Positions 29,879-38,766 of a stretch of DNA of 64,000 nt are shown here, piece after piece. The stretch is from an uncultured delta proteobacterium (GTDB lineage Bacteria > Desulfobacterota > Binatia > Binatales > Binataceae), in the NCBI GenBank assembly GCA_963833025.1, contig CAWHWI010000003.1:618338-682337 (forward strand), read 5' to 3'. The notes beneath the pieces were generated by a model that was given only the letters and a program-made list of their open reading frames with translations, had not been told where the DNA came from and made no database searches. Position 1 is the first letter of the stretch, and each line of letters starts with the position of its first letter. Both the position numbers and the translations under genes were made by a program.

Positions 29879-29989
29879 ATGCAACTCAATCCCTATCTGA
29901 ACTTCGATGGCAACTGCGCCGCCGCGTTCAAGTTCGTCGATCAATTCGGCACGCCCTGGATGATCAACTGCGAGGGCGAAGCGCGATGA
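29879..29989 (+). pseudogene. 36-codon remnant of a PhnB/VOC-like gene (N-terminus only), translationally coupled (ATGA) to next gene
   Basis: MQLNPYLNFDGNCAAAFKFVDQFG matches the conserved N-terminus of PhnB-like VOC proteins, then stops. GAAGGAG SD upstream. Confidence 0.5.
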
Positions 29990-30480
29990 CTTCCGCAAGG
30001 CCGACGATATCCGATTCCGCGCCGGAAGATACCTCGGATCGCGAGATCGTCGTCACCCGAGTTTTCGACGCGCCGCGAGCGCTCGTGTTCAAGTTGTGGA
30101 CTGATCCGCAACATGTCGCGCGATGGTGGGGGCCGAATGGCTTTAGCACCACGACTTATGAGATGGACGTGCGGCCGGGCGGCGTGTGGCGCTTCGTCAT
30201 GCACGGACCCGACGGCCGGGATTATCAGAACAAGGTCGCATATGTCGAAATCGCCGAGCCCGAGCGACTGGTTTACAAGCATGTCTCCGGTCCGCAATTT
30301 CAAATGACGGTGACCTTTGCCGACGCCGGCGACAAGACGAGGCTCACGGCGCGGATGCTCTTCGAGTCAGCCACCCTGCGCAACAAGGTCATCGAAGAAT
30401 TCGGGGCCGTCGAGGGACTCAAGCAGACTCTCGGACGCCTCGACGATTATGTGAACCATACTAAGGAGAGCATCCGATGA
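29986..30480 (+). CDS. SRPBCC/AHSA1 domain protein, paralog 2
   Basis: RVFDAPRALVFKLWTDPQHVARWWGPNGF. Confidence 0.8.
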   Translation: MTSARPTISDSAPEDTSDREIVVTRVFDAPRALVFKLWTDPQHVARWWGPNGFSTTTYEMDVRPGGVWRFVMHGPDGRDYQNKVAYVEIAEPERLVYKHVSGPQFQMTVTFADAGDKTRLTARMLFESATLRNKVIEEFGAVEGLKQTLGRLDDYVNHTKESIR

Positions 30481-30929
30481 CTTCAAACACCGAAGTTACA
30501 GTTGGCGATCGCGAGCTCACCATCACGCGCATCTTCGACGCGCCCCGCCCGCTGGTTTTCTTCGCGTGGTCAAGACCCAAACATCTGATGCGTTGGTTCG
30601 CGCCCAACAACTTCACCGTGTCGGAGTGCGAGATGGACTTCCGCGAGGGCGGAAAGTTCCGGCTGTGCATGCGCGGCTTCGGCAAGGACCATTGGATGAA
30701 CGGCGTCTTTCGCGAAATCGTCAAGCCGGAGCGAATCGTCTGGAGCAGCTTGTTGGATAACGACACCAACGAAGTGGTCACGACGGCGACGTTCACCGTT
30801 ATGGGCGGCGGCAAGACCATGCTCACAGTGCATCAGACCTACTCGATCGAAACTGATTCGACCCGCGGTGCACCACAGGGATGGTCCGAAACCCTCGATC
30901 ATCTCGCCGAATTACTGGCGGACGCCTGA
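30477..30929 (+). CDS. SRPBCC/AHSA1 domain protein, paralog 3
   Basis: RIFDAPRPLVFFAWSRPKHLMRWFAP; ATGA overlap with paralog 2. Confidence 0.8.
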   Translation: MTSNTEVTVGDRELTITRIFDAPRPLVFFAWSRPKHLMRWFAPNNFTVSECEMDFREGGKFRLCMRGFGKDHWMNGVFREIVKPERIVWSSLLDNDTNEVVTTATFTVMGGGKTMLTVHQTYSIETDSTRGAPQGWSETLDHLAELLADA

Positions 30930-30954
30930 CGGAATCGACTGAAGGAGAATTATT

Positions 30955-31425
30955 ATGGGAGCAGCAGTTAACCTGGTAAGCGAGCCTGCGGATCGCGTGC
31001 TTAAAATCGAGCGCGTCTTCGACGCGCCGCGCAGTCTCGTCTTCAAAGCCTGGACCGAGCCCGAGCACATCGCGAAATGGTGGGGTCCGCGCGGCTTCAC
31101 CAGCACCGTTCTCAAAAACGATCTGCGCCCGGGCGGCGCCTATCGAATCCACATGCGCGGACCCGACGGCGATCACTGGACGCAGGGCATCTATCGCGAA
31201 GTGGTCCCTCCCGAGCGGCTGGTCATGGTCGGGAGCTGGGCCGATGCGCAGGGCAATCCAACGCGCCCCGAAACGACGCTGACGCTGCTGTTCGAGGATC
31301 TCGGCGGCAAGACCAAGCTCACTCTGCACAACGCGGTCTTCGAATCGGTCACGGCGCGCGATTTGCACCAGGGCGGATGGACCAGCGCGCTCGATTGTCT
31401 CGCCGAATACCTGGCAACTGCCTGA
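30955..31425 (+). CDS. SRPBCC/AHSA1 domain protein, paralog 4
   Basis: RVFDAPRSLVFKAWTEPEHIAKWWGPRGF. Confidence 0.8.
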   Translation: MGAAVNLVSEPADRVLKIERVFDAPRSLVFKAWTEPEHIAKWWGPRGFTSTVLKNDLRPGGAYRIHMRGPDGDHWTQGIYREVVPPERLVMVGSWADAQGNPTRPETTLTLLFEDLGGKTKLTLHNAVFESVTARDLHQGGWTSALDCLAEYLATA

Positions 31426-31449
31426 ACTACGCTGACGCTTTTCCTCGAG

Positions 31450-32580
31450 GTGATTATGGAGCACGCCGAATCAATCACGCCACAAAGCGGCGACCTGATC
31501 GTGATTGTCGGGACCGTCAAGGGCCTGTTCATTTTCAGCAGCGATCGCAATCGCCGCCAGTTCCGCATCGCCGGGCCCTACTTCAAGGGTCAGGCGGTTT
31601 ATTCGACGGCGTATCTTCCGGACGGGCGAGCGCCGCGCATCCTCGTCGGCCACATGAGTATGCACTGGGGCGCGCTGGTGAGCTGGTCGGACGATTTCGG
31701 CGCGAACTGGCACGAGCCCGACGACGGCAATGTCAAGTTTCCCGCCGGCAGCGGTCTCACGTTGAATGCGGTGTGGGCGCTCGAGCCCGCCCCGCTCATC
31801 GGCCCTGACGTAGTATTCGCGGGCGCCGATCCCGCCGCGCTCTATCGCTCCGATGATCGCGGCGAGACGTTTCATCCCGTCGAGTCCCTGCTCAATCATC
31901 CCGAGCGTCCGTACTGGATGCCCGGAGCCGGCGGGCTCTGCCTGCATACCATCCTGCCCGACCCGCGCGATCCGAAGCGTATCCTCGTCGGCATTTCGTC
32001 GGCCGGTATGTATCGCAGCGACGACGGCGGTGAGTCGTGGACGCGCCGCAACAAGGGCGTGAAGATGGAGGGCGGTCCGCCGCACGCGCCGCATTTCGGT
32101 CCGCAATGCGCGCACAAGATGCGCTACGATGCGAAAAATCCCGCGCGCATCTACCTCCAGAATCACCCCGGCGTCTATCGCAGCGACGACGGCGGTGATT
32201 CATGGATCGATATCGCCGCAGGACTGCCGTCGGTGTTCGGCTTTCCCCTGGTCGCCCATCCCAGCCTCGGCGATACCGCGTACCTGATACCGCTCGAATC
32301 CGATCAGTTTCGCGTGCCGCTCGAAGGCGCCGTCAAGGTCTGGCGAACGCGCGACGCCGGCGCGTCATGGGAGCCGCTCGGGGTCGGCCTCCCCCAACGC
32401 GACTGCTATTTCTCCGTGCTCCGCGACGCGTTCGCGTCCGACCGCCTCTCTCCCGCGGGGCTCTATTTCGGCACGCGCGGCGGACAACTGTTCGCGTCGC
32501 GCGACGAAGGAGAGAGTTGGAATTCGATCGCGGATTGGCTGCCCGCGGTGCTGTGCGTGAAAGCCGTCGAGGTCGCCTGA
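31450..32580 (+). CDS. BNR/Asp-box repeat protein (sialidase/Ycf48-like beta-propeller)
   Basis: Repeated YRSDDGGESW / YRSDDRGETF Asp-box motifs. Confidence 0.7.
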   Translation: MIMEHAESITPQSGDLIVIVGTVKGLFIFSSDRNRRQFRIAGPYFKGQAVYSTAYLPDGRAPRILVGHMSMHWGALVSWSDDFGANWHEPDDGNVKFPAGSGLTLNAVWALEPAPLIGPDVVFAGADPAALYRSDDRGETFHPVESLLNHPERPYWMPGAGGLCLHTILPDPRDPKRILVGISSAGMYRSDDGGESWTRRNKGVKMEGGPPHAPHFGPQCAHKMRYDAKNPARIYLQNHPGVYRSDDGGDSWIDIAAGLPSVFGFPLVAHPSLGDTAYLIPLESDQFRVPLEGAVKVWRTRDAGASWEPLGVGLPQRDCYFSVLRDAFASDRLSPAGLYFGTRGGQLFASRDEGESWNSIADWLPAVLCVKAVEVA

Positions 32581-32588
32581 GACCGGTG

Positions 32589-32873
32589 ATGCTCTTTCAT
32601 CTGCCATCTGCGCTCCGTCGATTTGCCCGCGACAGCGAGGTCGTCGAGATGCGGCTACCGCTCGACGCGCGAATGACGATTGGCGAGGCCTTCGTGATGC
32701 TCGGCCGCGACTATCCCGGAATCCGGCAGCGCGTGCTCGACGATCAGAACAATATCCGCCGCCACGTCAACGTATTCGTCAACGGCGAGAACGTGCGCTT
32801 CATGCAAGGTGGCTCGACGCAGGTTTCGAATAGTTCCGAAGTGTGGATTTACCCGGCGCTTTCAGGTGGATGA
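32589..32873 (+). CDS. MoaD/ThiS-family ubiquitin-like protein ending in Gly-Gly
   Basis: 94 aa, ...VNVFVNGENV...SEVWIYPALSGG-stop; 8 nt after the BNR gene stop. Confidence 0.72.
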   Translation: MLFHLPSALRRFARDSEVVEMRLPLDARMTIGEAFVMLGRDYPGIRQRVLDDQNNIRRHVNVFVNGENVRFMQGGSTQVSNSSEVWIYPALSGG

Positions 32874-32956
32874 CTTGTCGATTTCGGGATCCGTCGAACG
32901 ACTATACAGCAGAGAAGTCGAGAGACTGAGTCAAAGTATTTCGCGAGGATAAAGTC

Positions 32957-33205
32957 ATGCGGATCAGCAAACATCACTTAGGCATCGGTTTCGAAGTGTG
33001 GAACGCTCAACAGAGCTGGTTCTGGTTCGTGGCCAATACCAGTCGCAACGGCATGATTGGCGCGGCCGCTACCGAATCAGATGCGGTGCGCGAGGCGCAT
33101 GCGTCGATCGAAGAGATTTCCAATTCGAATATGCGGGCAGGCTGGGAATGTTCGCTCGGCAAGCTCGCGAAGTATCTCGCGTCTGTCTGCGACGCGACCG
33201 CATAA
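32957..33205 (+). CDS. hypothetical small protein
   Basis: 82-aa ORF with GAGGA SD 8 nt upstream; no recognisable family. Confidence 0.45.
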   Translation: MRISKHHLGIGFEVWNAQQSWFWFVANTSRNGMIGAAATESDAVREAHASIEEISNSNMRAGWECSLGKLAKYLASVCDATA

Positions 33206-33214
33206 TAGCTCAAA

Positions 33215-34105
33215 ATGCAAAACCCGCAGGAATACTATAAGAGCGAAGGGCCAATGACAGCTCTGGGAGCGCACGCGGAAGAATTCCGCGCGATGCCCAC
33301 GGACCTCGCCTCGCTATGCGAGGTCGTACAGGGCTTGCTGATTCATCGCGATATTGCGCCATGGCTGTACGGCCTCACGCTGACCGAGGCGCAGCGCGAC
33401 GACGGCAACATCCGCCCGATCGCGAAAATGCTGACGCGCATTCACGAGCTCGATTCGCGCCCGATCACGAGCGCGCGCGACGTCGGCCACCGGCTCCCCA
33501 GCGTATGCCGTCATTTTTCGCTGATGCTCAGCGCCATACTCCGGTATCAGGGCATACCGGCGCGGCCGCGATGCGGCTTCGGCGCCTACTTCACGCCGGG
33601 CAAGTTCGAAGACCATTGGGTGTGCGAGTATTGGAACGCCGGCGAGAAGCGCTGGATATTGGTGGACGCGCAGCTCGACTCGATTCAGCGCAAAGCCTTG
33701 AACATCAATTTCAACCCGCTCGACGTGCCGCGCGACCGCTTCATAATCGCGGGCAACGCGTGGCAGATGTGCCGCACCGGCGCCGCCGATCCCGCCAACT
33801 TCGGGCTCACGCACGTCCACCTGCAGGGGATGTGGTTCATCGCCGGCAACGTGGTCCGCGATCTCGCGTCGCTCAACAAAATGGAACTGCTACCATGGGA
33901 CGTCTGGGGCTTGATGGATATGAACGACGCCGCACTGACCGACGAGAAAAAATCCCTACTCGATCGCGTCGCAACTCTAACCCTCGCGGGCGACAACGCG
34001 TTCCCCGAAGTCCGCGCAATCTACAACGACGATCGCCTCCGCGTCCCACCACTTGTCTTCAACGCACTGCGCAACGCCCCCGAACCAATCGCGAGCGAGA
34101 ACTAA
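33215..34105 (+). CDS. transglutaminase-like cysteine protease domain protein (start may be ATG 33254)
   Basis: CRHFSLMLSAILRYQGIPARPRCGF...HWVCEYW...WILVDAQ, consistent with the Cys-His-Asp transglutaminase core. Confidence 0.72.
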   Translation: MQNPQEYYKSEGPMTALGAHAEEFRAMPTDLASLCEVVQGLLIHRDIAPWLYGLTLTEAQRDDGNIRPIAKMLTRIHELDSRPITSARDVGHRLPSVCRHFSLMLSAILRYQGIPARPRCGFGAYFTPGKFEDHWVCEYWNAGEKRWILVDAQLDSIQRKALNINFNPLDVPRDRFIIAGNAWQMCRTGAADPANFGLTHVHLQGMWFIAGNVVRDLASLNKMELLPWDVWGLMDMNDAALTDEKKSLLDRVATLTLAGDNAFPEVRAIYNDDRLRVPPLVFNALRNAPEPIASEN

Positions 34106-34115
34106 CGCTTAACAA

Positions 34116-34230
34116 GTTCTAACAGGGACGAAGTCCCGCATCTTCTCTTGGTACTGCGTGCAGGGGTCACCCCTGCCGAAGGAAGCGTGAAACCCACCGC
34201 GGGTTTCACATTCAATTGAGTTCCTCCGCC
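34116..34230 (+). repeat. multi-hairpin intergenic repeat element, copy 3 (B-C-D)
   Basis: gttctaacagggacgaagtcccgcatc...gcaggggtcacccctgccgaaggaagcgtgaaacccaccgcgggtttcacattcaattga. Confidence 0.85.
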
Positions 34231-34240
34231 CTCTCCTGTC

Positions 34241-35752
34241 TCACCGACCGCCCGCTGCTGGCGCCGGCGCCGCCGGGCGCGACGGCTTTGGCATGTGGAT
34301 GTAGAGCTTGTCCGCCGCCGGACGGCCGTCGGTATGCATCGACGGCGGACGCATCGCGTACTTCACTTCGCGCGCGTGCTCGGCGAACTGCCGATCCGGG
34401 TTGTACACGCTGTTGAACTTCCACAGCATCTTGATGAAGTTGGTCTGCCCCTTCAGCGCGAGCTTGCCCGCGATCGACGCTACCGACTTCAGCGCCGCGA
34501 ACCCAAGATGCTTGCGGTTGAGCACGTCCTGCGTCTTCACCAGCTCCTGGTAGAACTGCAGCAGCGGCAACTTGGTCGGCAGCACCGCGTGCTGGATGTC
34601 GTACAGCCGGTAGTCGAGCGTCGTCAGCTTGCGCGATTCGGTGAACCACAGCTCGGTGCCGGGATACGGCGTCGCCACCGTCAGATGAACGATCTCGGGG
34701 ATGCTGATCGCCCATTCGCGAATCACCTCGAAGCGCTTCACGTCCCACGACGGGTCCGCGATCAGGTTGACCGCGACGGTCAAGCCAATCTCGCGCGCCA
34801 CTTCGAGCGCCTTGAAGTTGACGCCCATCGACGAGCGCTTGCGATGCAGCTTCAGGCCTTCTTCGTCGATCGCTTCGAGGCCCAGGAACATGTACTCCAT
34901 GCCGAGCTTGCGCCAGTAGCGGAACACTTCCGGATTGCGGCACAGTACGTCGGCGCGAGTCTCGAGGTAGTACTGCTTTTTGATTTTGCGCTTTTCGATT
35001 TCGTGCCCGATCGCGAATCCATGCTCCGGATGGATGAACGCGACGTCGTCCACGATGAAGACGTTCGGCTCTTTGATCGACAGCATGTCTTCGGCCGCCG
35101 CTTCCGGCGTCGATTTGCGGTAGCTGCGTCCGTAAAACGTCCACGCGCTGCAGAACGAGCAATCCCACGGGCATCCGCGGGTGAACTCGATCGACGCGCA
35201 CGGATCGAGCACGCCGATAAAATATTTGTTGCGCCGGCGCCCGAGATCGCGCGCGGGAAAAAACTTGTCGAGATCGTCGAGCATGACCGGCGTCGGCCCG
35301 GAGCCTTGCGTCGTCAACACGCCCGGAACTTTGCCAATCGAGCCGGTGCCGATTGCGTCGAGGAGCATCGGGGTCGCCGTCTCGCCCTCGCCGCGGATGA
35401 CCGCGTCGATCGCGCCGTCCGCATGCTCCAGAATTTCGTCGGCGACGAAGGAGCCGCTGTGCCCGCCGGTGAAGACGAAGCAGTCCTTCATCAGGCGCTT
35501 CACGTCCTTGGCGAGATCGATCACCTCGGGCACGTTGGCGAGGTAGTTGAGCGAGAAGCCGACCGCATTGGGCCGGAAGCTCTCGAGCTCGGCAAACAGA
35601 TCACGATGCTTGAAAATCTGCAGGTCGAGGATTCTGACGTCATGGCCGGCCGCGCGCGTGGCCGCCGCCACCCGCTCCATTCCCAGCGGTTCGAGCCGCA
35701 AATAAATCTCGCTGTACATAAGCGGACTTGGATGTACGAATAGGACCCGCAT
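34241..35752 (-). CDS. B12-binding domain radical SAM protein (candidate hopanoid-associated HpnJ-like)
   Basis: N-terminal B12-binding region (VLFVHPSPLMYSEIYLRL) and CxxxCxxC motif FTRGCPWDCSFC. Lies near hpn genes. Confidence 0.78.
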   Translation of the reverse strand: MRVLFVHPSPLMYSEIYLRLEPLGMERVAAATRAAGHDVRILDLQIFKHRDLFAELESFRPNAVGFSLNYLANVPEVIDLAKDVKRLMKDCFVFTGGHSGSFVADEILEHADGAIDAVIRGEGETATPMLLDAIGTGSIGKVPGVLTTQGSGPTPVMLDDLDKFFPARDLGRRRNKYFIGVLDPCASIEFTRGCPWDCSFCSAWTFYGRSYRKSTPEAAAEDMLSIKEPNVFIVDDVAFIHPEHGFAIGHEIEKRKIKKQYYLETRADVLCRNPEVFRYWRKLGMEYMFLGLEAIDEEGLKLHRKRSSMGVNFKALEVAREIGLTVAVNLIADPSWDVKRFEVIREWAISIPEIVHLTVATPYPGTELWFTESRKLTTLDYRLYDIQHAVLPTKLPLLQFYQELVKTQDVLNRKHLGFAALKSVASIAGKLALKGQTNFIKMLWKFNSVYNPDRQFAEHAREVKYAMRPPSMHTDGRPAADKLYIHMPKPSRPAAPAPAAGGR

Positions 35753-36480
35753 TAGATTCCCTCCAGCGCCGCGTTTTTCAGACCCGCGACGCCTTCGCGC
35801 AATTCGCTAATCTTCGGTCGCGATTATCCCCGCCTGACCAATCGGCCAGTGGCGATTGGGAGCATCCTAATATTCTGACCGAGGCAATGAAATAGCGCCA
35901 CTGCGCCAAAACCGGCTTCGTGCTATTAATAGTTCTTATGGCCACGCGCGATGCTCCCCAGCCGGGCGGGTACCGATTCATCGCCGTTATTTTTATCGCG
36001 ATACTGATCGACGCCTTCCTGTTGGCGCAGGTGCACGCAAACTTTCTTCACGACCACGGCTACGACCCCTTCCCTCGACACCCCGCCGTCGCCAGGCTCG
36101 TACCACCCTGACGCCGCGGATTGCGCACCGAGTTCAGGGATGAACTGTTCAGCCTGACGCCGGCTGATTGGACCTGCTACACATAGAGCATGGACTACTG
36201 TCAGGATGCCGCAAACTCGCGCCGCTGGCACACAGTCGTGTGGAGCCCGCTTCCGACGAAAAATGAATTTTGACGGAACGAAGCTACCGATAGTGGCTGA
36301 GCCGTCTGAAGACACACCATATGGTATGAGATTGCTGTTTTCGACTGAACTCGGTTAGTCGAAAACGCCTGTATCTAAGTATGATCCCACCCCAATTCCA
36401 CCTTGACTCGCGAGCGCGAGCGCCGGAGTTTTGGCTCAAGGCTGACTATTCTAAAAAATCTAAAAAAATTCGGAGAAACC

Positions 36481-37494
36481 ATGCATTACTCGAAATTGGG
36501 CAAAACCGGAATCACCGTCTCTCGCATCTGCCTCGGATGTATGAGCTACGGCGATAAGAAATGGCGCGACTGGGTGCTGACGATGGACGAGGCGCGCGAA
36601 CACTTCGCAGCCGCCGTCGAGTCGGGGATCAATTTCTTCGACACGGCCAACGTCTACTCGGTCGGCGCGAGCGAGGAGGTCACCGGGCGATGGCTCGGCG
36701 AGATGGCGAAGCGCGACGAGATCGTCGTCGCGACCAAGGTGCACGGCCCAATGGCGTCGGGTCTCAATCGCGCGGGCCTCAGCCGCAAAAATATCCTCGA
36801 AGCGTGCGACGCGTCGCTGCGCCGCCTCAAAATGGATTTCATCGACCTCTACCAAATCCATCGATGGGACTACACGACGCCGATCGAGGAAACGCTCGAG
36901 GCGCTCGACTCGTTGGTGCGCGCCGGCAAGGTGCGCTATCTCGGCGCGAGCTCGATGGCGGCGTGGCAGTTCGCCAAGGCGCTCGCGATACAAAAGGAAA
37001 ACGGCTGGCACCGCTTCATCTCGATGCAAAACCATTACAACCTCGTCTATCGCGAAGAGGAACGCGAGATGAATCCTCTCTGCCTCGACAACGGCGTCGG
37101 CTTGATCCCGTGGAGCCCGCTCGCGCGCGGATTCCTGGCGGGCAATCGCGAAAAAGGCGGCAGCGGTCCGACCGCCCGCGCGAAGACCGACGATTTCGCC
37201 AAGAATATGTACTTCCGCGAGTACGACTTCGAAGTGCTGAGCGTGGTCGAGCAGATCGCCAAGGAGCGCAGCGTCACGCCATCGCAGATCGCGTGCGCGT
37301 GGATCCTGCAGGCGCCGGGCGTCACCGCGCCGATAATAGGCGCGACCAAGCTCGCGCATCTGAAGGAGGCAATCGCGGCCGTCGACGTGAAACTCACCGC
37401 GGACGAAGTCGCCGCGCTCGAAAAGCCGTACCGGCCGCATCCGATTCTCGGCCACGAACAGCCGCGACCGTCGCGCATGGTCCAGGCGCGCTGA
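36481..37494 (+). CDS. aldo/keto reductase
   Basis: MHYSKLGKTGITVSRICLGCMSYG...IDLYQIHRWD AKR signatures; GGAGAAACC SD. Confidence 0.9.
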   Translation: MHYSKLGKTGITVSRICLGCMSYGDKKWRDWVLTMDEAREHFAAAVESGINFFDTANVYSVGASEEVTGRWLGEMAKRDEIVVATKVHGPMASGLNRAGLSRKNILEACDASLRRLKMDFIDLYQIHRWDYTTPIEETLEALDSLVRAGKVRYLGASSMAAWQFAKALAIQKENGWHRFISMQNHYNLVYREEEREMNPLCLDNGVGLIPWSPLARGFLAGNREKGGSGPTARAKTDDFAKNMYFREYDFEVLSVVEQIAKERSVTPSQIACAWILQAPGVTAPIIGATKLAHLKEAIAAVDVKLTADEVAALEKPYRPHPILGHEQPRPSRMVQAR

Positions 37495-37585
37495 CCGCGG
37501 CCTATGGCCAGCAGGAATAGAAGTTAAAGCGTTGCTTGAGATTACCCGTGCGGGCGGCAGCGGTGCCGAAACTGGAGAAAATGAG

Positions 37586-37999
37586 ATGGAGATCAACGGC
37601 GTCGCGCATGTGATGCTCACGGTCAGCAACTTCGAGGCGTGCTTTCCATTCTACGAAAAGCTGCTTATGTATCTCGGCCTCAAGCCCGTCATGCGCAGCG
37701 AAGAGATGCTGTACTGCGTGGGCGGAAGGACGGCGGTGGGAATCATGCGCGGCGACGATTCTTATCGCGCTGAAAAATTCCAGCAGCGGCGCGTCGGGTT
37801 GCATCACGTGTGTCTGCGCGCGCGCGAGCGTGGCGACGTCGACGAGATTTACAGCTTCCTCAAAACGATCGGCGCAAAGATTGTGCATCCGCCGGAGGCC
37901 GGCCCGTGGGCGCCGGGATACTACTCGGTGTTGTTCGAAGATCCCGACGGCATCCGCCTCGAGGTGAATCATGTGCCGGGCAAAGGTCTGCTGGCGTGA
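37586..37999 (+). CDS. VOC (glyoxalase/bleomycin resistance/dioxygenase) family protein
   Basis: MEINGVAHVMLTVSNFEACFPFY...GLHHVCL; GGAGAAA SD before ATG 37586. Confidence 0.7.
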   Translation: MEINGVAHVMLTVSNFEACFPFYEKLLMYLGLKPVMRSEEMLYCVGGRTAVGIMRGDDSYRAEKFQQRRVGLHHVCLRARERGDVDEIYSFLKTIGAKIVHPPEAGPWAPGYYSVLFEDPDGIRLEVNHVPGKGLLA

Positions 38000-38009
38000 T
38001 GCGATTGTT

Positions 38010-38720
38010 CTACGAGCGGTCGAGCTTTGCGCGCAGGCGCGAGGCCAGATCTGGCGCGGAGGTTTCGTGTTTGAAATAGACGAAGATTTCATCAGCGCTC
38101 GACGCGAGACGATCGAGATTCTTCACCCATTCGTCGAGGCCCGCGTCGTCGTAGGTTTCTTTGCGCAGGCGGACGTAGACGTATGGCGCGGTTCGCTCGA
38201 GTGGCGACGCGAGCTTTTCTGTTTCCGCGATGCAAAGCGCGACGCTATGGTCTGCGAGCGCGGTCATGACGGAGTCGTCGAACCAGCTTCGATTTCTGAA
38301 TTCGAATGCTGCGCGGACCCTGCCCTTCACAATCGCGAGAAAGTCGCGCAGCAGCGGGAGATCGAGTTTCAAGTCGGGCGGGAGCTGGAACAGTGCGGGC
38401 GCGAGCCGCTCGCCCATGACCGACGCGCGCTCGATGAACGTGTCGGTGGTCTCTTTGACGTCGCGCAGCTTGGCGAAGTGCGTGATGCGCTGCGGGGCCT
38501 TGAGCGCGAAGCGAAAATTCGCCGGCGTACGCGCGGCCCATCCTTCCAGCATCGCGCTCTTCGGCATCGCGCGGAACGTGTAGTTGATCTCGACCGTCGG
38601 CATCCGCTCGGCGTAGTACTCGAGCATTTTGGCGCCGGGGAGTTTCTCCGGATAAAAGCCCCCAAGCCATTCCTTGTACGAAAAGCCCGAGGTGCCGATC
38701 AGGATGTCCGCCTTCGCCAT
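38010..38720 (-). CDS. DUF72 (YecE-like) domain protein
   Basis: ILIGTSGFSYKEWLGGFYP...ALFQLPP DUF72 signature. Confidence 0.8.
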   Translation of the reverse strand: MAKADILIGTSGFSYKEWLGGFYPEKLPGAKMLEYYAERMPTVEINYTFRAMPKSAMLEGWAARTPANFRFALKAPQRITHFAKLRDVKETTDTFIERASVMGERLAPALFQLPPDLKLDLPLLRDFLAIVKGRVRAAFEFRNRSWFDDSVMTALADHSVALCIAETEKLASPLERTAPYVYVRLRKETYDDAGLDEWVKNLDRLASSADEIFVYFKHETSAPDLASRLRAKLDRS

Positions 38721-38766
38721 CGCGCCATCCTAGCCTATGCCGAAGTTCGGTCGAGAGCCCGACAGT

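Noticed and set aside
35843-35856. B12-box-like GCCACTG motif upstream (minus strand) of the B12-binding radical SAM gene, possible cobalamin riboswitch
   Set aside because: Only the short GCCACTG core is present. The flanking conserved riboswitch elements (GGTGC..AATCC..GCGC stems) are not recognisable.
35926-36315. 129-aa minus-strand ORF in the long intergenic region
   Set aside because: No RBS, no recognisable domain; region has atypical lower GC and looks non-coding.
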